Under the pieces are notes generated by a model that saw only the letters and a program-made list of their open reading frames with translations, did no database searches and was not told where the DNA came from. A DNA stretch of 64,000 bases from Octopus sinensis (taxonomy: Eukaryota): positions 6,882,001 through 6,946,000 of the forward strand of contig NC_043013.1 in assembly GCF_006345805.1 (NCBI RefSeq). Reading direction: 5' to 3'. Below are positions 54,706-64,000 of this stretch, one piece after another. Every line of letters starts with the position of its first letter. The first letter of the stretch is position 1. The translations under genes and the position numbers were made by a program.

Positions 54706-54823
54706 TATGTGTGTATATATATATATATATATAGTTAGAATTTACAAAAAAAGCAAAAGACGAAGACATGTATATAAACAACAATCTGGTGTAATAGTTT
54801 AACGCTCGGAAAGGTGAGAAAGT

Positions 54824-54859
54824 CTTTTACGTTTCGAGCCTACGCTCTTCATCAGAAAA
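54824..54859 (-). ncRNA. Minimal type I hammerhead ribozyme motif with a fully canonical core
   Basis: UUUU-CUGAUGA-A-GAGC GUAG GCUC-GAAAC-GUA-AAAG; predicted GUA cleavage site and palindromic ACGU stem III. Confidence 0.75.
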
Positions 54860-56220
54860 TAAACACAGAAAATAAACAGAGAGAGAATAAAAAAAGATAA
54901 TAAAAAAAGCTTTAGTGACTTGCGGTCAATCGCAGTCTTTTATTCTTTCATTCATTTCAGACATTTGACTGCGGCCATGCTGGATCACCGCCTTTAGTCG
55001 AAAAAATCAACCCCGGGACTTATTCTTTGTAAGCTTAGTACTTATTCTATCGCGGAGTCTTTTGCCGAACCGCCAGTTAACAAGCAAGTAAAAACACCAA
55101 CATCAGTTGTCAAGCGATGGTGGGAGGACAACCACAGACACATAAACATACATAGGTAATGGGACTGAACCCGGAGCCACGTAGTTGGTAAGCAAGCTAC
55201 TTACCACATAGCCACTCCTATACATATAAATATTATAAACACATATATGTTTTTATATATACATATATCATTTATCTTTCTGTGATTATAATATATACAT
55301 ACATACATACATACATACATACATACATACATACATACATACATACATACCGTGCAATAAGATATTACAATGATATATTAATATATAATGATATATAAAA
55401 TACATTATTATATATGTGGTTACAGCAGTTAAGAACCAAAAAGGTAAAATTAACAAATGCCCCGAAATGGCGCATATTCTTTCTTAATGACACAATAACT
55501 ATGATAGAAACCGGTATGCAGAGCTTTCAGTTCGTAACACTTACACTTGCAGGATGTTTGCAAAGCAAAAAAAAAAAAAAAAGAAATCAGAATCCCGCTG
55601 CGGAATGACGTCCCGTCCCGGAAGGTATATATACAATACGAAAACCAGCCAAGTGTCTTTATGTGTATCGGAAAAGATACTTTTTTGTAGTTATAGCATG
55701 TCTTAGGTATATATAATTTCCCTCTCTCATCAACGTTAGATGCTTATTTATAGTCTTATTGGAACTTTTCTAGCGGCTTTTCTCGTTCTCTCGGCAATGT
55801 TGGAAGCTTATGCGGTACGTCTAACCATTACCGCCCCTGACAGCTACACCTGAAATCTTCCTTTGTTCCTTTGATACACAGTAATCCTTTCACACTCTCA
55901 TCTTTAGTGATAGGGACGAATTTTGGTTTGCGAGACTCATGTCGTCATGATAAAAAAAAAATGTTTTCATTCAATGAACTCGGAAATGTTATCCTCTCTA
56001 AAGGTTATCTCGAAACATACATACATACACATATATTGGTTGGGTGTTGTAGAGTATAGATCGTCAGATATAATATTTTCGATTTCTTTTCGGGATTTTT
56101 CGAAACTTCTCTTACATTTTTCGCCTCCTAGCCCCACGATATCATAAAATAGAGTCCCAGTCCTCATTGCTGTTTTGTATTGGTACAGCCCTCCTTCGTG
56201 ACTATTTATTTCGATTTACC

Positions 56221-56450
56221 TATTTCTTTATTACCCACAAGGGGCTAAACACAGAGGGGACAAACAAGGACAGACATAGGTATTAAGTCGATTACATCGA
56301 CCCCAGTGCATAACTGGTACTTAATTTATCGACCCCGAAAGGATGAAAAGCAAAGTCGACCTCGGCGGAATTTGAACTCACAACGTAACGCAGACGAAAT
56401 ACCGCTAAGCATTTCGCTCGACGTGCTAACGTTTCTGCCAGCTCACCGCC
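56221..56450 (-). mobile_element. Monomeric family-B SINE with long TSD
   Basis: TSD TTTATTTCGATTTA(CC) at 56205-56220 and 56451-56466; 3' end ...AATAAAGAAATAG. Confidence 0.92.
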
Positions 56451-56789
56451 TTTATTTCGATTTACCGGCAGGGTCAAGCAAGCAGTTTGGTTGTTAAAAT
56501 TGTCGTTCATTCAGAACATCGCCCACGAATTCATCAAGCGATAAAGTGTGACTGTCTGTATTTTTTGTTGGGTGTCTGTGTATACATGTATGCAGAAGTC
56601 TGTATGTCTGACATTATTATGTTTTTGTCGACTTAGTTTTTTTAATTTTATTTCCCATGCTCTAAGCTTCATTCTATTCTAAATATAACGCTAATTTTTC
56701 ATTAGTTAATAATATATGTGTGTGTATGTACATTATGTACATATGTGTGTAGGAGACAGTGAGGGAGAATGTATGTGTGTGTATGTATG

Positions 56790-56893
<104 letters not shown>

Positions 56894-57623
56894 TGTGTGT
56901 GTGTGTTTGTCCCCCTAGCATTGCTTGACAACCGATGCTGGTGTGTTTACGTCCCCGTCACTTAGCGGTTCGGCAAAAGAGACCGATAGAATAAGTACTG
57001 GGCTTACAAAGAATAAGTCCCGGGGTCGATTTGCTCCACTAAAGGCGGTGATCCAGCATGGCCGCAGTCAAATGACTGAAACAAGTAAAAGAATAAAAGA
57101 ATAAAAGAATATATATATATATGTGTGTGTGTCTGAGAGAGAGAGAGGAAAATTAAGAGAGAGTGAGTATATACATATACGTTATATAAGTAATATATAT
57201 ATTAATACTTGTGTAGGGGATATATATATATACATAAATTACAGAAGCGTAACGAAAACAGAAAGCGTATCGGATAAAGGTCTCAAGACTTTATGTTTAA
57301 ATAAAGAGAAATACTTATAGCATGACACATATAAATAGCCGAATATAAATGATTTTAATTAGATAGGTTGCGTCATAATAATTGGTATAATTGTGGCTGT
57401 AACAAATTCAGGTAGCAGCATTGAGTGGTGTTATGAGAGAGAGAAAATGTGAGTATTCATACATATTTTTGATATAAAGATAAATATACATATATGTATG
57501 TAATATATATATATAATATATATAATATATATATATATATATATAATAAATATTAGGGAATAAATCCAAATTTACAGGGAAAAATCAGATTTAGGATTAA
57601 ATCCAATTTTATAGTAAAATATT

Positions 57624-57854
57624 ATATAATATTATTAGAGACAAAACCACTATTTTGCAAAACAAACAAGGAAAGACTTAATCAATACATAAAATTTTAA
57701 TAAAAATATATATACATATATATATACACATATATATGCATGTATATATATGCATATATATGTGCGTATATATATATGTATATATATGTGTGTGTGTATA
57801 AAAAGTCAAAAGTCTTTCCTTGTTTGTTTTGCAAAATAGTGGTTTTGTCTCTAA

Positions 57855-57864
<10 letters not shown>
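57624..57864. repeat. Perfect ~55-bp inverted duplication within TA-rich DNA
   Basis: 57624-57679 is the reverse complement of 57810-57864. Confidence 0.9.
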
Positions 57865-57906
<42 letters not shown>

Positions 57907-58037
57907 ATACATATATATAATATATATATAATATATATATACATATATATATACACATATATATGCATGTATATATATGCATATATATGTGCATATATAT
58001 ATATGTATATATATGTGGTGTGTGTATATTTTTATAT

Positions 58038-58071
<34 letters not shown>

Positions 58072-58524
58072 ATATATATATACACACACATATATATACA
58101 TATATATACATATATATACATATATATGTGTATGTAGTATGTATGTATATATATATATAATATATATATATATATGCGTATATATATATATATATATATT
58201 ATATATCATATGTTGTGTGTGTGTGTCGCCTTTGGTCTCCAAGTTCTCTGGGGATGTTAAACCATTTATATCTTGAATTCTTCTGCGTGTTTACATTCAT
58301 ATGCACACACTAGTACGCACTCAGAAATGTGACGTGTAAATATAATCATTATATACCTACAGAAAACAACAAGCGAATACAAACACATATATATACATAC
58401 GCATGAATACACATACACATAAAGATAGCTAGATAAAAAATATAGCTCTATATACCCATGTATATATACATGTATTCATAAACATACGTATTAAGTACAT
58501 ACGAACGTACATACATATGTACAT

Positions 58525-58790
58525 GTGTGTTCAATTCCCGGACTGAGCAAGACACTTCATTTCACGTTGCTCCAGTTCGCTCAGCTGGTAAAAATGAGTT
58601 GTGATGTCACTGGTGCCAAGCTGTATCGGCTTTTGTCTTTCCCTTGGATAACATCAGAAGCATGGGGAGGGGAGGGTGGTATGCATGGGCGACTGCTGGT
58701 CTTCCACAAACAACCGTGCCCGGACTTATGCCTCGGAGGGTAATTTTCTAGGTGCAATCTCATGGTCATTCATGACCGAAAGCGATCACT
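58525..58790 (+). mobile_element. Fourth SINE type (5'-truncated; CORE-like CTGAGCAAGACACTTCATTTCACGTTGCTCCAG)
   Basis: B-box-like GTTCAATTCCC followed by a CORE-like block. Confidence 0.55.
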
Positions 58791-58807
58791 CCCATGGTCA
58801 TATATAT

Positions 58808-58887
<80 letters not shown>

Positions 58888-58903
58888 GCATATCTATATG
58901 CAC

Positions 58904-58940
<37 letters not shown>

Positions 58941-59185
58941 TCATCATGTGACCGATCATCATGTGCGTTCGCATTGTTTTAGCCTTCGAATGACGCCACC
59001 CCGCTGGCTAAGCGAGCAGGCCAACAGAAGAACGAGTACAGCAGGGATCACCACCCCCTGCCGGAGCCTCGTTGAGCTTTTAGGTGTTTTCGCTCAATAA
59101 ACACACATAACGCCCAGTCTGGGAATCGAAACCGCGATCCTGCGACCGCGAGTCCGCTGCGCTAACCACTGGGCCATTGCGCCTC

Positions 59186-59279
<94 letters not shown>

Positions 59280-59285
59280 CTATAT

Positions 59286-59319
<34 letters not shown>

Positions 59320-59416
59320 GGGAGAATTCACAAAAAGACAAGAGACAAAGACAGGTGGTGTAGACAACAAACAAATGTATTGGCATAACAGCATAACGCT
59401 CAGGAAGTGAAAACGT

Positions 59417-59452
59417 CTTTAGCGTTTCGAGCCTATGCTCTTCCACAGAAAG
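59417..59452 (-). ncRNA. Degenerate hammerhead motif, same variant as 5286-5321
   Basis: CUUU-CUGUGGA-A-GAGC AUAG GCUC-GAAAC-GCU-AAAG. Confidence 0.55.
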
Positions 59453-59683
59453 AAACAAGGAGAGAAAATAAAGAACGTGTAGTGGCTAGCGATCTATTAT
59501 GGTGAACATAAATATATATATATGTGTGTGAGTGTGTGTGTGTACAGAGAGAGAGAGAGAGAGAGGGGGAGCCATATATTGGATACAGTTTTGCATTTAG
59601 ACAGCGTTCCGAAAATGCAATACGCAGGAATTTTATTAGTATACCAAATTTCCTTTTTTCGTGTTTATTTCATTTATTTTGTA

Positions 59684-60078
59684 CTAGCAGTATCGCCCGG
59701 CGTTGCTCGGGTTTGTAAAGGAAATAACTATATAAGCATTTTTAGAGATGTAAAGTATAATAGCCATCTCAATATGGCTAACCACAAAGGGGGGGTGTTA
59801 CTCTAGCTTTTTACGTTCTGAGATTTAATAATACATTTTAGAGAGTTACTTCCCTTATATAATAGCAAATAAATGCATTAAAAATGGGAACAAATGATGG
59901 TAAATTTTGTTTTAAATCGTAGACTCATCGTAGACGCGCGCTAATACCCAGAATGGCTCGATATGAATCACGACTATTAGATACCCGCTTTTGGTAACAC
60001 TGCACTGCAAAATGTGGGAGTAGTTAGGAATCTAATTCGTAGGAGATAGACACACAACCTTACTTTTATATATAAAGA
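59684..60078 (-). mobile_element. Non-autonomous Helitron (second subfamily)
   Basis: Minus strand: A|TCTTTATATATAAAAG...CCCGAGCAACGCCGGG-CGATACTG-CTAG|T. Confidence 0.9.
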
Positions 60079-61071
60079 TTACGCCTATAAATGGTTTTCC
60101 GAATACTATGCAGTTTATATAACTTGTACCCGATGTAACACTCCCTCACTTTTATGTCTCCTTGCAATACATTATTTATAGAAATACTGGAATCGATCTG
60201 ATGATACAATCAGTTATTGGTGTCAGATTCACTTTAACTTACTTGAATTAAACATATTTCCTCTAAACCCGTATATTCTTTAAATGATAAAGAATAAAAA
60301 ATAAAATGTAAATGAAGTAAGGCATAAGATCATAAAAAACGTGTATTTTTCTCAAATATATTTTTAATTATTTAATCATTCGAGGTTCACCCACCCATAA
60401 GAACTCATTGTGTAGAATTTAACGGATCTTTACCACAAACAATGAGCCCTGAAGAATGAAATATTATTTCAATGGAGCTGAATATGGGATGTTCCAACAG
60501 CCCTTTAATATTTTCTCAAACGGCCATAGATTTTTAACTGATTTTATTTTCATAATATCACGTATCGCTGAACTATATTTACAATTTTTATCTCCCTTCG
60601 AGTACATATATCTACACACACATACACGTTTCTTACGATCTTATGTCTTCATTTACAATATATTTTTTTATTCCATATCATTTGAATTTTTAATATAAAC
60701 ATGCGATTTTTTATGCTAAAAGTACATGAATGGAAAACGTATCCCATCCAATCACGTCTTATAAATCTCTGGAAGTTCGTTTATTTGGATGTAAATTACT
60801 GGGAACCGAAATTTTTATCTACTACTAAAATTTATATACGTGTGTGTGTGTGTGTGTGTGGTGTGTGTGGTGTGTGTGTGTGTGTGTGTGTGTGCGTGTG
60901 TGTGTGTGCGTGTACGTGTGTGTGTGTGTGTGCGTGTGTGTGTGCGTGTGCGTGTGTGTGTATATACAGAGAGAGAGAGAGAGTTCGAATATTCAAAAAA
61001 CAAAAGACGAAGACTATCAAGGAAACAACAAGCAGGTGTATTAGTTTGATGCTCAGAAAGTGTAGAAATGT

Positions 61072-61107
61072 CTTTGACGTTTCGAGCCAACGCTCTTCGA
61101 CAGAAAA
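61072..61107 (-). ncRNA. Minimal hammerhead motif (A6U variant, GUC site)
   Basis: UUUU-CUGUCGA-A-GAGC GUUG GCUC-GAAAC-GUC-AAAG. Confidence 0.6.
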
Positions 61108-61607
61108 GGAATGATAGATAAAAATGGAGAGCTTGTTCTCGATGGAACGCGAAGTGGGTGCTCACTGTAGCACCAGAGGCGTGTACTATGTATACAGTAA
61201 ATGTGAAAATACTCAGTAAACCAAGGTATGTAGATAAAGGAGGAGAATTGCAGAGTGTGTAATAACAGCAGAGAGACCAGAAATGGTTTGTTGATTGTGC
61301 TGGCATCACTCAAATGATGATAATGCTTCGTGTACAAATGAATAGCAAGAATCGAAATGATAACTGTATTCTTAATATGTTCTGGTATATTTGAATATTG
61401 AATATGCTAATCGCTTACTATTTGGTAATTATGATACTTTTTCTACAATTGAAGATAATTTTAATGAATAAATAATTTATGCATTGTGGTATTTGATAGT
61501 TGTCTTTTGTCTACTTTGTTCATATAAATGTCAGTACTAGGCACAGGTGGTTTCCAGCAGCAACAACAACAACGACAGCAGTAACAGAAACGTAAGAATA
61601 AATAAAT

Positions 61608-61680
61608 GAAAATATGTCGGTGGAACAGGTTACTCCTTCAAGACCAGAATTAGAAGCCACAAGTCACTGCTTACAATCTC
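61608..61680 (+). mobile_element. Possible Penelope GIY-YIG fragment
   Basis: KYVGGTGYSFKTRIRSHKSL resembles the YIG-xT-xxF-xxR-xxxH motif; short match only. Confidence 0.45.
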
Positions 61681-63632
61681 AATGTTGTGAGGAATGATAC
61701 CTTATTGTGAGGAATGGACTGAACCGAGAGAATATATATGGTTCGTACAAGTTCGTGTTATTTCACAGTGAAGTTGGAAAGTGTCGGCTGGTTTGTTCAT
61801 TTGGAATATTGATTGTTGGTTCGTGACAGATTGTTGGATTGTTACGTTCTTATCGCTGCTGCATAGTTATCTTGTTATTGTATCACACTGGTACCGTGTA
61901 TCGTAGGCCATTATCCCAATAGTGGTGCTACTACTATATTGGATACAAACTACGTTACAGCATCTGGCAACGATGTGTTCGCAGCTCACCTAGGCTGTAT
62001 TTCATCTGCAAACCAAGCATTAACCTGTTTTCAATCCATTCTTTCAAGATTGTCAGCCTTATGAAATTCCTTCCTTGTCCATGTTTTTCTTCCGGCAGCG
62101 ATCGACATGATACTATTTAAGATCAACTGTGTCAATCTTACCAGTTTTGTGTAGCCTGCAAAGACCATAGGCACAGCTCTTGCCTTTCGTCTCGGAAAAA
62201 ATTCAAAAGCCCCTTCGATCAGCTAAATTGTTCAAATAAAACAGAAAAAAAAACTAAAAGAAAAGCAGTATCTGCTATTCCTATGAATTAATAAGCTGTA
62301 TACTATATCAAACTGAGCCAACATCATCATTTCTCTCTAGAATGGCAACCTCTACAAGGAATCCCTTTTTCTTCGGGCATTAATTTACACAAGTTTAAAA
62401 AAGCATCGTCGACATTCACATTAACAGTTTGGGAAGCCTGCAGATGTTCTCTGAACACCATTTTTTCTCTTGCTCAAACTAAATAATAGTACTAATAAGA
62501 ATTTCTAACAAAGACACAAAGCAAGAAATTTTATTGGAGGACACAATTAGTCAAATATACTGATCCAGTACTTACTTATCAAGTGTTTTATTTTGTTGCC
62601 CTCAGAAACATAGAAATATGACGTAAAGCGTGCTGACTAAGCCTTCCATGATTTAATTTCTGATAGGTAATCTCTTTCAATTAATCTTTTGTGCAACTTT
62701 AGCATACAGTATACGTGGCCATTTACACTTTAGCATGCTATCTTATCCTAGTTCTAAACCATAGCTGTAACCCTAATCTAACCCATAACGAGGCATGTAT
62801 ACGATGTAAACAAAAAGAAAAACAATAGAAACGGATAAAGATTAAATCAGTTTTAATGCGGAATATTAAACTTTGAAATGCACTGTAAGATTTCATGGCA
62901 GTATATACACAGTTCGAGCAGAGGTGCATATAACAAAAATAATTAAGCAGGCGTAGCACATAGAAAATCAGAGATACATTGAAAAATAATACAGAGCAGA
63001 GATTAAATCAGTTTTAATGCCTGATATTAAACTTTGAAATGCACTGTAAGATTACATGGCTGTACATACACAGTTCGAGTAGAGGTGTATATAACAAAAA
63101 TAACCAGGCAGGTGTAGCACATACAAATGAACGCAGGCAGGTAAACAAATGTTGGTGAAAATAAATCTCGAACTTAACGCAGGTAAGTAAACAAATATAA
63201 AATAGAACAGAGTGGTGAAAATAATTATAGACAGTAAGTAAAAATATACAAAAACACAACAGCTATAAAGGATAGCTGATAATATAGTGGGTTAACAATT
63301 TCTTGGACGGAGGAGGGCAGCAAAGTTCCTGTCAAATTCGAAACAAGCTTCTTTCATAACTTAAATGTGTTAACCGTTACAGTTAAGTAACTTTCTGATG
63401 TCATTGATAATGGTTTCAAATTTTGGGCCAGCCAATTTTGAGGGGACGAGGAAGTCGATTAGATCGACCCCAGTGCTTAACAGGCACTTATTTTATCGAC
63501 CCGAAAGATGAAGGGCAAAGTTGACTTCGATGGCATTTGAACTCAGAGCGTAAAGCAGGTTGAAATGCTGCTAAGCATTTTGCGCGGTGGGTTAACGATT
63601 CAGCCAGCTCGTCGCATTGGGAATCATAAATA

Positions 63633-64000
63633 ATCCTTTCTACTAAAGACACAAGGCCTGAAATTTGGGGGGGGGGACTAATCGATTACATCGACCCCAG
63701 TATTTGACTGATACTTAATTTATCGACCCCGAGAGGGTGAAAGGCAAAGTCGACCTCGACGAAATTTAAACTCAGAACGTAAAGATGGACAAATTATCTA
63801 TTTCTTTATTGCCCACAAGGGGCTAAACATAGAGGGGACAAACAAGGACAGACATAGGTATTAAGTCGATTACATCGACCCCAGTGCGTAACTGGTACTT
63901 AATTTATCGACCCCGAAAGGATGAAAGGCAAAGTGGACCTCGGCGGAATTTGAACTCACAACGTAACGGCAGACAAAATACCTATTTCTTTATTACCCAC
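63633..64000 (-). mobile_element. Multimeric family-B SINE running off the window edge
   Basis: Module junctions ...GAAATAG|GTATTT (~63982) and ...GAAATAG|ATAATTT (~63798); terminal module carries the CCCC...AAATTTCAGGCCTTGTG tail. Confidence 0.88.

Overview
AT-rich, microsatellite-saturated eukaryotic DNA. The SINE families and the (TA)n/(TACA)n load suggest an Octopus genome; this is inferred from pattern recognition, not a database hit. Almost all ORFs in the supplied track are simple-repeat artefacts. I can support one spliced plus-strand gene spanning about 35 kb (exons 3854-4070, 22779-22865, 29579-29866, 33144-33210, 38279-38432). It predicts a ~242-aa secreted protein with six mature cysteines and a polybasic exon that begins with a recursive-splice-like AG|GTAAGA motif. 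The rest is a transposon graveyard: Tc1, mariner, hAT, Merlin-like and foldback MITEs, non-autonomous Helitrons, R4/Dong-like LINEs, a Penelope remnant and three tRNA-headed SINE families. The most striking hidden signal is seven minimal hammerhead-ribozyme motifs in Penelope-type repeats, two with an intact CUGAUGA core and four sharing an A6U variant. Next is a SINE that recurs as head-[module]n-tail multimers with a fixed AG|GT junction. All alignments and folds were done by eye, and coordinates of decayed elements are approximate.
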